Part shown: piece by piece, positions 31,992 to 42,000 of the stretch
Position numbering within the stretch: the first letter of the stretch is position 1
How the letters are laid out: the number at the start of each line of letters is the position of its first letter
Origin: a virus
Reading direction: 5' to 3' (one strand)
Length of the DNA: 64,000 nt
IMG/VR virus record: IMGVR_UViG_3300021513_000001
Span: 50,333-114,332 of that record
Position numbers and translations under genes: made by a program
Notes under the pieces: generated by a model
Seen by the model: the letters and a program-made list of their open reading frames with translations, nothing else
Told to the model about the DNA's origin: nothing
Database searches by the model: none

Positions 31992-32480
31992 CTACTTTAA
32001 CACTCTCTTTTTAGGATTCCATATTAATTTTATATCTTTATAAGTGCCTTCAATAAACAAATCATCAGTAACTTCTATATTATTAATATACATTTTTATA
32101 GAATCCACATCTATACCTGAAGAAGGATAATCATCTTTTAATTTAACGACAACAAAAGAAAACAAACTAACATTATCTCCCTCTGGACTATAATAACTAA
32201 CATAAGGTTTAATGTTGTCTGTATTTACATTCCCCCAGTCTATTTTATCACATATAGATTCTATAGCTTTTGGCAAAGAATCCCAAAAACCATTAATAGC
32301 TGTAGTGTGCACATAAATAGGCTTAATACTGTTTCCATCTTTGTCCTTATACAAAGTAGATATAGTAAATACGTATTTATGATCACCAACTTCGTTTAAT
32401 GGAATAATAGACTTTAAATCAACGTTTATTGTTATAGCCCCGCCATCAGAATTAGGATTAGTAACAATTATATCAGGCAT
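31992..32480 (-). CDS. Small structural protein with an Ig-like C-terminus (162 aa)
   Basis: DNIKPYVSYYSP...DDYPSSGIDVDSIKMYIN. N-terminus is paralogous to the 312-aa gene. Confidence 0.65.
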   Translation of the reverse strand: MPDIIVTNPNSDGGAITINVDLKSIIPLNEVGDHKYVFTISTLYKDKDGNSIKPIYVHTTAINGFWDSLPKAIESICDKIDWGNVNTDNIKPYVSYYSPEGDNVSLFSFVVVKLKDDYPSSGIDVDSIKMYINNIEVTDDLFIEGTYKDIKLIWNPKKRVLK

Positions 32481-32491
32481 TTTTTTTATTT

Positions 32492-33430
32492 TTATCCAGA
32501 ATAATCTATTTGATTAGCTAATGACAAAATACCCCAAGTTAAAGCATCATCAACACTATTTAAACAAGAATTCGGAAAATATTCTGGATCATTATATCTA
32601 AGCTTTTGTACTTTAGATCCTTTAGCATAAGAATTTTGTATTCCGTTAAACCCATGCACACCGGCTGTTGCTACCTCTATAGAAGTCGATGTTCCAGACA
32701 CCATTGTAAAATAATCACCAGGAATCTTATTACCACTAGCAGTTATACACAAAGAATCTCCAGCAACAGCATCCAACCCAGATTCAACATATAAAGTGCT
32801 AGTTCCAGCTGTATACGTGCTAGAAGTAACAACCTCACGAATATCCGTACCAGAAAGGCTTTTAGAATCTATTGGAAGATCAAAACCCAAAACACCACTT
32901 GCTGTTCCAGACGGATCAACTTCAACAGAAGAAGCCGAAGCACCAGCTAAAGTCTTAGATATCGTACCTGATTTTATAACAAACCTGCTATTAGTAAAAG
33001 AACATCTGCAATTCTTATAACCAAGAGTTTTTCCAGCATCAACAGTCTCCATAGTAACTGCCCGTAATTTTGTCTGAATATCAGATGCTACAGCATCACC
33101 AGTTAAATTTATACCCTCATCAAGCGTTATACTATAAAACTTACTAGCATTATCTATTTTAACTTTTAACTCTTTATTGCCAGAATTTATAGTAAAAACA
33201 GCACCTTTAAACCCAGAACTTTTACACCAACCACACAAAAATTCTTGTATAAATATATCGTCTATTGTTGTTTTATTAACATAATCAGAATATGCATTTG
33301 TCCTACATGTAAGTACAAACTTTTCGTCACCTTCTGCACCAACAGGTACTATTTTTAACAAATCCAAAGTAACAGTTTTTGAATTCTCAGAATAACCTTC
33401 CAAATCATATACAGTAGCATTTATGGCCAT
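32492..33430 (-). CDS. Virion structural protein (312 aa)
   Basis: Shares FTI...L...ID...ITL..G.NL....VA.DI..K...C....F.I.SG...SSV.V.SGT...LGF domain with the 511-aa protein. Confidence 0.65.
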   Translation of the reverse strand: MAINATVYDLEGYSENSKTVTLDLLKIVPVGAEGDEKFVLTCRTNAYSDYVNKTTIDDIFIQEFLCGWCKSSGFKGAVFTINSGNKELKVKIDNASKFYSITLDEGINLTGDAVASDIQTKLRAVTMETVDAGKTLGYKNCRCSFTNSRFVIKSGTISKTLAGASASSVEVDPSGTASGVLGFDLPIDSKSLSGTDIREVVTSSTYTAGTSTLYVESGLDAVAGDSLCITASGNKIPGDYFTMVSGTSTSIEVATAGVHGFNGIQNSYAKGSKVQKLRYNDPEYFPNSCLNSVDDALTWGILSLANQIDYSG

Positions 33431-33437
33431 TTTTTTT

Positions 33438-33604
33438 ACCGATGCTTTTTTGTTAACTTACGTTAACAAATGCACCACTCTCCTTTTTTTAGAATGATGG
33501 GGGCATCTCCCAAAGCTCGCAATAAAATATTGCGAGCGCCGTTGATATCTCTATCGATCCTGTTTCTTTTAAAATGTTAATGTATTAACAACAGTTAATT
33601 ATCC
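33438..33604 (-). mobile_element. Non-autonomous IS607-derived mini-element (MITE) retaining the tnpB 3' end/omegaRNA scaffold, copy 1
   Basis: 167 bp, identical by eye to 34332..34498. 128 bp match 63766..63893 (tnpB 3' end and right end) with 4 substitutions. GG at both ends on the minus strand. Confidence 0.85.
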
Positions 33605-33621
33605 TCTTTTGTTAATTTTTT

Positions 33622-33927
33622 CTAAACTTCAAAATATCTTCTACCTATAAATTCAGTGGTATAATATGGACAATTATCGTCCATACATATCCACCCGCTT
33701 ACTCTTCCTTTTTGATAAAATCTCATTCTTCCAAAAGTTTGTGTATGGTCTGCTTTTGGATACGAACCAGACACCGTACTTTGCGTAGAATACTTACATA
33801 ATTTATATCTATACCCTGCCTTATTTGGATCAGATCCATCATTATACCTTTTATTCGTAGGTAAATTCCCACTACAAGTAGTACCAAATCTCTGCTCCCA
33901 AGTTAAAGCACAACGATTAAAAGACAT
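33622..33927 (-). CDS. Small Cys-containing hypothetical protein (101 aa)
   Basis: GGGAGAG RBS within the upstream gene. Overlaps the upstream ORF by 11 nt. Confidence 0.65.
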   Translation of the reverse strand: MSFNRCALTWEQRFGTTCSGNLPTNKRYNDGSDPNKAGYRYKLCKYSTQSTVSGSYPKADHTQTFGRMRFYQKGRVSGWICMDDNCPYYTTEFIGRRYFEV

Positions 33928-34327
33928 AACTCTCCCTTAAAGATGAAAACGTTCTTGCTGGGTAATTTAAATACATTACATGTATATCTTCCTCATGACA
34001 ACTAGTATCTATAACTAAAAAATCATCACATAAAAATTTAGGAACTTTGCAAGAAGAGTCTATACTTATTATAGCGTCCTTTAAATAAACAATATTACCT
34101 GCATATATAACATCGCCCCAACTTAATGTAGCTATATAATAATTTTTAAGAAATATGACGTACTGGTCCGTAAAATCTAACCTTATAGACTCATTACACG
34201 CTATCCTATTAGCTATACGCAAAGCCGGGCCAGAAAAATAAGCACCGTCTAGACAGGCCTTTAAATCTTTCCCTGTCTTAACATACCTAACATTTATCCA
34301 ATGTAATTCTAAAATATACTTATCCAT
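33917..34327 (-). CDS. Hypothetical protein (136 aa)
   Basis: ORF starting 4 nt after MITE copy 2. Confidence 0.65.
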   Translation of the reverse strand: MDKYILELHWINVRYVKTGKDLKACLDGAYFSGPALRIANRIACNESIRLDFTDQYVIFLKNYYIATLSWGDVIYAGNIVYLKDAIISIDSSCKVPKFLCDDFLVIDTSCHEEDIHVMYLNYPARTFSSLRESYVF

Positions 34328-34331
34328 AAAA

Positions 34332-34498
34332 ACCGATGCTTTTTTGTTAACTTACGTTAACAAATGCACCACTCTCCTTTTTTTAGAATGATGGGGGCAT
34401 CTCCCAAAGCTCGCAATAAAATATTGCGAGCGCCGTTGATATCTCTATCGATCCTGTTTCTTTTAAAATGTTAATGTATTAACAACAGTTAATTATCC
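34332..34498 (-). mobile_element. Non-autonomous IS607-derived mini-element (MITE), copy 2
   Basis: Identical direct repeat of 33438..33604 with unrelated flanks. Confidence 0.85.
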
Positions 34499-34506
34499 AC
34501 ACAAAC

Positions 34507-35139
34507 TTACAACCACAAAGGTTGGTGCTTAATAGTTACGTTAGCATTTGCTGTTTTCCCATTATCAATAGCAGAAGGATTATGTCCAACAGCAGAAACT
34601 ATACCATATGCTGTTTCATTGGCATTCCCAATACCAGGAAAACCAGCACTAACAGAGCCCTGAAAACCAGTAGCATCAATAGAACTAAAAACAACACCAG
34701 TAATATCATAATCTGTTGACTTTGTTCCCTCGGCACCACCACAAAGTACATAACTAGGGTGTGGCTCAGAAACCCACTGTTGTCCATTATATGTACATTG
34801 ACCTGCACCCTGTGCACTACCCTTACTATAAGTATATCCAGTCATATAAAAGTCACCACTGGGGCCAGAAACAGCAGAACCGCACGCTGCAGGATTAACA
34901 GTACAGTTAAATTTAACTGTAGAATCTTCACAACCAGCGGCATTAACAATTTGAATTTCAGGACCACCACCTCCATAAACAACCACAGAGAGTGTTTGAG
35001 TAAAATTCTTTATAGTATCATATGGCGTAAAACTACCCAACTGCCATAATCTTTGTACGTTAGGAGACAAATTCCAATTAACAGATACTACCCCTGTAAA
35101 TCCATCTACTGTTGTAGCCGACCCTATAATTACTGACAT
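34507..35139 (-). CDS. Tail tip structural protein (210 aa), possibly tube-like or distal-tail fold
   Basis: G/S/T-rich. GVVSVNWNLSPNVQRLWQLG resembles tail-tube hairpin patterns. Located after the tape measure and hub genes. Confidence 0.5.
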   Translation of the reverse strand: MSVIIGSATTVDGFTGVVSVNWNLSPNVQRLWQLGSFTPYDTIKNFTQTLSVVVYGGGGPEIQIVNAAGCEDSTVKFNCTVNPAACGSAVSGPSGDFYMTGYTYSKGSAQGAGQCTYNGQQWVSEPHPSYVLCGGAEGTKSTDYDITGVVFSSIDATGFQGSVSAGFPGIGNANETAYGIVSAVGHNPSAIDNGKTANANVTIKHQPLWL

Positions 35140-35188
35140 TTTTTTATATCCGCCTTTATCTATTATTTCTAATTATAAAACATTAAGT

Positions 35189-35473
35189 TTAAAAAAAACT
35201 TATATCATCAGTATCCTCAAATTCGACCTCAAAAGCTTCCTTTCCTTTAAAAACATAATCTCCCTGCATATCCTTATATGTACTCGCACTATAATTTGCA
35301 GAAGAATATTTTCCATTTACATCATAACCAATAAAATCCACACTCTTCTTTAACTCTTTTGTACTATCAAAAGAATCAACATTAAATACATCCACCCCAA
35401 ACTTTTGAAATATTACAATAGGCCCTATAGTTAATGGAGCAGACATTCTCGATTTTCTAGATATTAATCTCAT
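35189..35473 (-). CDS. Hypothetical baseplate-region protein (94 aa)
   Basis: ORF 1 nt from the upstream gene. Confidence 0.6.
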   Translation of the reverse strand: MRLISRKSRMSAPLTIGPIVIFQKFGVDVFNVDSFDSTKELKKSVDFIGYDVNGKYSSANYSASTYKDMQGDYVFKGKEAFEVEFEDTDDISFF

Positions 35474-35474
35474 A

Positions 35475-36299
35475 CTATTCTCCTATACCAACCAATGAAA
35501 CATTATATTTATATACATCGCTAAAAGGAACCTGACTCAAATCACATGAAGCACCTGTAAGCTTAAAAGTAACACCACCAAAAGTTCTTGGCAATTTAGA
35601 AATATCTAAAGTTTTAAAAGGACTATAAACAACCAAATTCAACGTTGCAACCCCATGCACATCATAATTTATAGAAATAGAATCACATTGAACAATTTGA
35701 TCATCTAATATTTCTGCATCAGTAGCCTCAAATGTATAATTAACCGTAGGCACGTTAGTACCTAATCCACCTGTATAAGAAAAAGACATTAAAAAAGCAC
35801 GATCTGCTATATTTCCTATACTCATAACCATGTCTTCTCTATTGGCAGAATTAAAAGTTATTGGATTCCCAAAATACTCAATACTAAATGCGCTTTTAAC
35901 AACATCCCCAATATAATAACTATAAGGACCAGCCGTAGAAGAAGCATTATAGCCAACTCCTTGATCAAAAATCTCAGAGAGTTTAATTAAACCTTCAGGA
36001 ACATCTCCCAATACAGAAATATTTCCAATATTCTGATACACATAATAATACAAATCATCATCGCACGAATATACTTTAGTCCATTTAAATTGACTGTTTA
36101 TCTTTGTAGCACAGCCTGTTTTGTCAGACTCTCCTGGCATAAAAGGATAAGCAGAAATGCTAATAGTCTTTTCCTTTGGCCCCTTAACAATATCTCCTTC
36201 CAAAGTTTTCGATATTTTTGAATTAGCAGATACGTTTATACTAAAAACACCATTAAGACCAATATCTAAATCTCCAACTATTCTACACTCACACGGCAT
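35475..36299 (-). CDS. Baseplate/distal-tail region protein (274 aa)
   Basis: Beta-rich ORF in the post-tape-measure position. Confidence 0.55.
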   Translation of the reverse strand: MPCECRIVGDLDIGLNGVFSINVSANSKISKTLEGDIVKGPKEKTISISAYPFMPGESDKTGCATKINSQFKWTKVYSCDDDLYYYVYQNIGNISVLGDVPEGLIKLSEIFDQGVGYNASSTAGPYSYYIGDVVKSAFSIEYFGNPITFNSANREDMVMSIGNIADRAFLMSFSYTGGLGTNVPTVNYTFEATDAEILDDQIVQCDSISINYDVHGVATLNLVVYSPFKTLDISKLPRTFGGVTFKLTGASCDLSQVPFSDVYKYNVSLVGIGE

Positions 36300-36301
36300 A
36301 G

Positions 36302-36994
36302 CTACTCTCCCTCTGTTTCTTCCTCATAAAGAGTGTAATCACCAAAAACACCAACAGCTGGACCGCCTTCTGCCCAATCAGAATGTGAGTGCACAAGAAT
36401 TCCACCATCAGGACCTACACCCCTAGGTGAAGAATCTCCAGGTTCTCCGGTTGGTACATTAACTTCTCCTTTTTTTGAAGTAGAAAGTTCATTTTTTGCC
36501 TCTTTATCTAATGGATCGTAGTTAGGATCTCCTGTTGTTTTACTAGAAACAACAGTTTTAATACCCCACTTAATAGGTTCAAAACGAGAAGAAGTTGATT
36601 CTCCAACTTTCCTTGTAACACCAGTAATAGCACACCAAACATCACCCGGACTTGTCTGTACTCTTCTATTAACTTTTAACAATCTTAATTTATACATTTT
36701 ATCATAAGCAGTTATATTAAGTATAAGCCCACCATACTTAGACATAGAGGGTGTAATATCTAATGATTCGACATAGCCAGTAAATAATAATTTTGAATTC
36801 CCATCAACACTAACATATATTTTTATATTATTACCAGAAGTTATATTACTAGAACCTCTCGGTAATTCTACTGTTATAGAGGCAGATGCCCATAAAACAC
36901 CGCGCTGTCTGGTAACACTAATAGATTTTACATAAGGTGTTTTTAATACAACATCTCCAATTTCCACCTTTGCCCTTACAGACTGTACTTCCAC
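36302..36994 (-). CDS. Baseplate hub-like protein, N-terminal hub domain (230 aa)
   Basis: VKSISVTRQRG...SASITV...GNNIKIYV...LLFTGYVESL...ITAYDKM is the pattern of gp27/gpD/Tal-type hub N-termini. Confidence 0.6.
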   Translation of the reverse strand: MEVQSVRAKVEIGDVVLKTPYVKSISVTRQRGVLWASASITVELPRGSSNITSGNNIKIYVSVDGNSKLLFTGYVESLDITPSMSKYGGLILNITAYDKMYKLRLLKVNRRVQTSPGDVWCAITGVTRKVGESTSSRFEPIKWGIKTVVSSKTTGDPNYDPLDKEAKNELSTSKKGEVNVPTGEPGDSSPRGVGPDGGILVHSHSDWAEGGPAVGVFGDYTLYEEETEGE

Positions 36995-37003
36995 TTTAAA
37001 CTC

Positions 37004-39019
37004 CTATTCGTAATATGCTTCTGCCGGATTATTATAAATAGTAACATTAACAGCATCTCCTACTTCAATAGTAGACATGGTCATGTTTAAAGCAGTGTAA
37101 GTTCCTATATTTCTTACATATACTTTAAACTCTAAACCATTTCCATAATCTCCAGTTACTATGCCCTCTCTACTTAAATTCTGATCAGTACGCCTTATCC
37201 ACATAGAAGTATTAAACGAATCAACTCCAGTTAAAAAAGGACCTGAAGTAATAGTAGCTTTATAAAATGATTTATCCTGATAAGACCATACTATTTTATT
37301 TATTATACCGCCGTTAAATCTTTTTCCCAAATCACTAGCTGATACACTATGCCCAGGAACAGTAGACACACTTTGTTTATAACTAGCTGAAAATTTTTCC
37401 CCTAAAAGAGAAGCAGCACCTTCTATTTCTTCGTCTGTTTCTAAAAAAGGTAAAGTAACATCTATAGTTGCTTTACCTGAAGACATTTCTGCCATAATTT
37501 CACAAGGAGTATTTTCTAAGTCCTCTTCTGTTGTAGGATCATTATCTTGTATACAGTCTTCCATTTTTATTAGCGTTGTAAAACCGTTTACATAATAAGC
37601 TGTATTTGATGGTCTATCTAATGTAACTACCGGCGTTGCACATAAAGTTATATCTTTTGCTATTTCTTTTATTATTTCTGTATGGTCTTCTACAAGAGCC
37701 TCCCCTGCTTTACTCAACTGACCTATTGCTGTATCTGTTTCTTTTTTTATCTGTATTGAAGGTTTATCTATTGACACCAAAGCAACCCCTTTAAAGGGAA
37801 CAAATACATGACTAGATGAGCCTGCAAATTCTATTATACTAGAATAAAAAGCCCCATAAACGGCCTCATAAGGATGTATATAAGGTATTCCAGCCTTTAA
37901 AGTATATTTTATAATCTCAGATCCTACCGTATTTACTCCACCAGGCTCCGACTCTATCTTATAATAAAAATCTTGTCCAATATTTAATTGTCGAACAACA
38001 ATATTTTCATCAAACAAATCACATATTTTAGAAGAACTCAAATAACTATGTTCTCTTGCTGTTTTATAATTATTTATTCTATGATATGTAACTATTACTT
38101 GATCAACACTTAAAATAGCGGTATCAGACTCATAAAAAATTACCAAATTTTCTGGTTCCAGAAACATACAAGGCTGGCACTCATCTTCTAACATAGTTTT
38201 ATATTCGCTTGTAATATCTATACCCAAAGATACACTGCCCTCCTCAACCTCAATATCTAAATCTTTAACAAACCCCTGCCTATCGATACCTACATCAAAA
38301 TTTAACATAAGTTGTGTAGTATCTGAAAAAACTACATCTACATCTTTCGGTTTTTTACATGTATATGCATACCCTATTAAACTTTCAAAAGGTTCCAACT
38401 CAAAAGCACTATCCATTTCATCTTTAGTTGTATCCTGTAAATTTGGATCTCCGTAACTTATGCACCCATGATAATCAAAAACCTTATTACCGCACGCTGT
38501 ATATTGAAATTTCCCCAAACCTATTATTTCAACACCATTACCAACACCGTTTACAACTAATGGTATCGAATCCTTTATTATTCTTCTAGGCATTGGATCT
38601 AAACCTTTAACAATAACACAATAATCAATTTTTTCAAAATCATGAATAACAGAATAATAAATAACTTCTGGAACAAAATCCTCCTCTCCAACAGAAAGTA
38701 TAAACGGAACACCATCCTCACTCAAACAAAAATCATAAAAATGTCCATTTTTTATCCCTTCTAGTAAGCCAAGCTTTAATACCTGTGAAGCACTCATATT
38801 ATGAATATCATATTTTGGTAATTCTCCACACGGAATATAATCCAAAACTAGGCCTATAGTATCAAGAACAACTTTTATTACATTTAATTTTTTCTTTCTT
38901 ACTTCTGATTGCAACTCTGTTACATTATAAAATTTAGGAATAGATAAAACAGTATCTCCTACACCACAACTAACACTATTCATCGTTCCTTTCTTATTTC
39001 TCATATAAAAACAAGACAT
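37004..39019 (-). CDS. Tail tip/baseplate hub protein (about 671 aa) with a C-terminal OB-like strand set
   Basis: First gene after the tape measure. Start ATG 39019 with a GGAG RBS. C-terminal REGIVTGDYGNG..FKVYV...IEVGDAVNVTIY. Confidence 0.55.
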   Translation of the reverse strand: MSCFYMRNKKGTMNSVSCGVGDTVLSIPKFYNVTELQSEVRKKKLNVIKVVLDTIGLVLDYIPCGELPKYDIHNMSASQVLKLGLLEGIKNGHFYDFCLSEDGVPFILSVGEEDFVPEVIYYSVIHDFEKIDYCVIVKGLDPMPRRIIKDSIPLVVNGVGNGVEIIGLGKFQYTACGNKVFDYHGCISYGDPNLQDTTKDEMDSAFELEPFESLIGYAYTCKKPKDVDVVFSDTTQLMLNFDVGIDRQGFVKDLDIEVEEGSVSLGIDITSEYKTMLEDECQPCMFLEPENLVIFYESDTAILSVDQVIVTYHRINNYKTAREHSYLSSSKICDLFDENIVVRQLNIGQDFYYKIESEPGGVNTVGSEIIKYTLKAGIPYIHPYEAVYGAFYSSIIEFAGSSSHVFVPFKGVALVSIDKPSIQIKKETDTAIGQLSKAGEALVEDHTEIIKEIAKDITLCATPVVTLDRPSNTAYYVNGFTTLIKMEDCIQDNDPTTEEDLENTPCEIMAEMSSGKATIDVTLPFLETDEEIEGAASLLGEKFSASYKQSVSTVPGHSVSASDLGKRFNGGIINKIVWSYQDKSFYKATITSGPFLTGVDSFNTSMWIRRTDQNLSREGIVTGDYGNGLEFKVYVRNIGTYTALNMTMSTIEVGDAVNVTIYNNPAEAYYE

Positions 39020-39036
39020 ATATACTCCAAAATACT

Positions 39037-42000
39037 TTATGTTTGTGAAGCAAATACACGTGCTGACCATGCTAAATCTTTAGCTTCTGCTACTTCTTCT
39101 CGTAGTTCATTAATCGCATTAGTAAACTTAGCACCCATAGTCCCCAAATTAGTTTGAAGTTGAACAAGAGCACTATCGTGATCATCTAACTTTTTATTTA
39201 TTAACTCAAATCCAGATTCCATTACCAAAACAGATGCTGTATTGTTAGCTACGTCTGTATCTAAATCTTCAACTAACCCTTTTAATTCTTTAATTGTTTC
39301 AGAACAACTAACTATTTCTTCTTTAAAAGCAATAAAATCAGTACTTTCTATTTCTTCTGTTTCTACTGGAACAGTATTTTTAATAATTTCAACATCTTCA
39401 GATAAAATTCTCGTCTTTTCAACTAATTCAGCTACTGTCTTCGAATCATTAGAAAGCTGATCTATGCTTTCAGATAATTCTTCTTTAACATTGTTTATCA
39501 AGTTTAATGCTTCCTCTTCAGAAATATATTCAACCACTTCTTTTTCTGCAGCTGCTGTCGGTCCTGATTCTTCTTTAGCTACATCAATTGTATTTATTTT
39601 AGTAGAAAGTGTATCTAACGAGATGGCTGTTTTAGACGCAGATTCTCCCAAATCGTCTATTAAATCTTTTGAAGACTTTGATGCCTCACCAACACTATTC
39701 ACGTTTTTTAAATTATCAGAAAGATCTACAAATAATTTATTAACATCAATAACTGATTCTTTTAACACCTCTATTTCATCTTTTAAGTTAGATACTTCTA
39801 TGTTTAACTTTTTGTTTTTCTTTAAAATTTCATCTGATTGCTTTACTTCTATATTTTTTTGACTATCTAGTTGAGCTTTTGGTTTCACTGCAAATTCTTT
39901 AATCTTATCTCTTTTAGTAGCAATCTCTTTACCTGCTTCTAGTACACTAGGTAAAAACGTTACATTTTTTTCTTGTTCCGGGTATGTAACAAACATTCCC
40001 TTTTTTTCCAAACTTTCCTTAATCTGTCTACGATTCTCCTCTTGAGAAAATTCTTGCCCAGGATACCTTACTGTAATTCCAGTCGTTTCAAAAAAACTTT
40101 TATATTTTTTTTGTCCTTCAGTTAATAAAGGCCGTTCATACGATGCGCCTACTTTATCTCTTTTATCAACAATTATAGGTTGTGATTTAACATTTTCACT
40201 TCTATTTATAGCATCAATAATACTTGCCCCAACATTTTCACCAGAAATAATTAATTTTCCTATATTATTTTTTATAGAATCCAAACGATCATTAGAAGGA
40301 GATATAGCACCCCTTATAGCTGTAGCATATTCTTCTGCCTGCACATCTCTAATCCTTTTTTCTTTAGCTTCCACCGCAACGCTTAAGTTTTTTTGTATTG
40401 CTTCTAAAGGCCCGCCCCTACCAATAAACGTACCAAAAGATCCTCCATATTTAGTAATATCCTCTCCTCTAGACGCTCTCTCCATTATATTATAAAGTTC
40501 CTTTGGATCAATTCCAGTATCTACTCCCTGTGCTCTCAAGCTTAAATTTTGACTATATAAATTTTTTGCAAGATCAAACTGCATACGCCTATCTGCTACC
40601 CTTTCTTGGGATAATTCTGACGTTCCTTGTCTTTTAGCCCATTTAGAAAAATCTATCTCTAAAGGCCTTATATTACGAGCACTCTCTATACCAGATAACC
40701 CTGTTTTTATAGAATCAATTATAGATTTCATCCCACTTACAGATTGCTGTAATGGTTCTAAAATCTTCCTTTTTTCTAACTCAAAAGTAGCACGCGCTTC
40801 CTTTTCTGCTTCATATACCTCAAGTAATTTTCTATTCCTTTCTTTTATTTCAGAAGGAACACGACCAAGCGTAGCTCTCAACTCGTTTTCTTCTCTTGTT
40901 ATTTGATCTAATGATTTACCCCTCCCAGCAGCAATATCCATTCGAGTCTGTTGTCTAATATTTGGAATACGTAATTTTTCTGCTTCTTTTCTAGCCTTAT
41001 CTTCTTCAACTAATGCCTTAGCTTGGTATTGTGAATAAAGTTTTTGTAGTTTTTCCAACCCCGGTGTTGTTTTATCAACAGCTTCTTCAGATTTTACATC
41101 AAATTCTGATCTTTTACCACTTGTACGTTCAACACCTTCTGCTGTTTTTGCAGTATTTTTTGCAATTTCATTTAAAACACTTATAACCGGCCCAAGCTCT
41201 ACAGAACCTGTTTCTAAAGCACCCTCAATCATACTATTTAATCTTTCATTAGATATGCCTTGTTGTTTAAGAAAGTCAACCTGTCCCATAATACCAGCCA
41301 TTATATCTGTTTTACTACGAACGGCTTTAACTTTTTCCAACTGTTTCAAATAAGAAATAGTATTTTCTCTATATTCTTGGTCTCTATTATATAATATCTC
41401 ATGAGGACTATATCTAGCAGTTGTAGATACATCAACTCCTATAGGTAAAGCTTCACGATATAAAGGCCCACCTTTTACATTCAATCTTTTAGCCCTTGAT
41501 TCAATAAGTTTTTGACTCTTTGCCGACTGCATATCTAAATTCTTAAAAGTAAATGAAAGATTTTCTACACTTTTAATAAGAGGATCAGTTACTTTAGTAA
41601 ACAAAGTAAAACTATTTATTATATTTTCTAAACTTTTACCAGAGTTGATTAATTCATCATTTAAATTTTCTATTTTTTCTTTATTTTTATTAGCGCTTAT
41701 TCCAATCTTTTCAAGTACTTCCTCCATAACTTTTTCCGGTGTTGCAATTTTGTTTGTAATAACACCAGTTTCAATTTTACTCTCCTTTTGTTGTCTCTTT
41801 TCTTCTTGTAACCCCTCAAAACGATTTTCAAGTAAATCAATAAACGTTCTTACTATTTTTTCATTATTTTTAATTCCAACACCAAAACCCATTGTGCTAA
41901 CTTCTTTACCGGCTATTTTTTCTTGTTCTGGTGTAAGTGTAGATGTTGGGTTGTATGGTAAATTTTTTGCAGTAGCAACGGCTGTAACAAGACCTGCCGG

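Noticed and set aside
33438-34498. CRISPR array or DGR template/variable repeat pair
   Set aside because: Repeats are 167 bp, identical, about 730 bp apart and derived from tnpB. There are no spacers and no adenine-specific mismatches inside a target gene.
2271-37000. Short (60-100 aa) alternative-frame ORFs inside fibre and baseplate genes
   Set aside because: Fully nested in long genes, compositionally biased, and without supporting signals.
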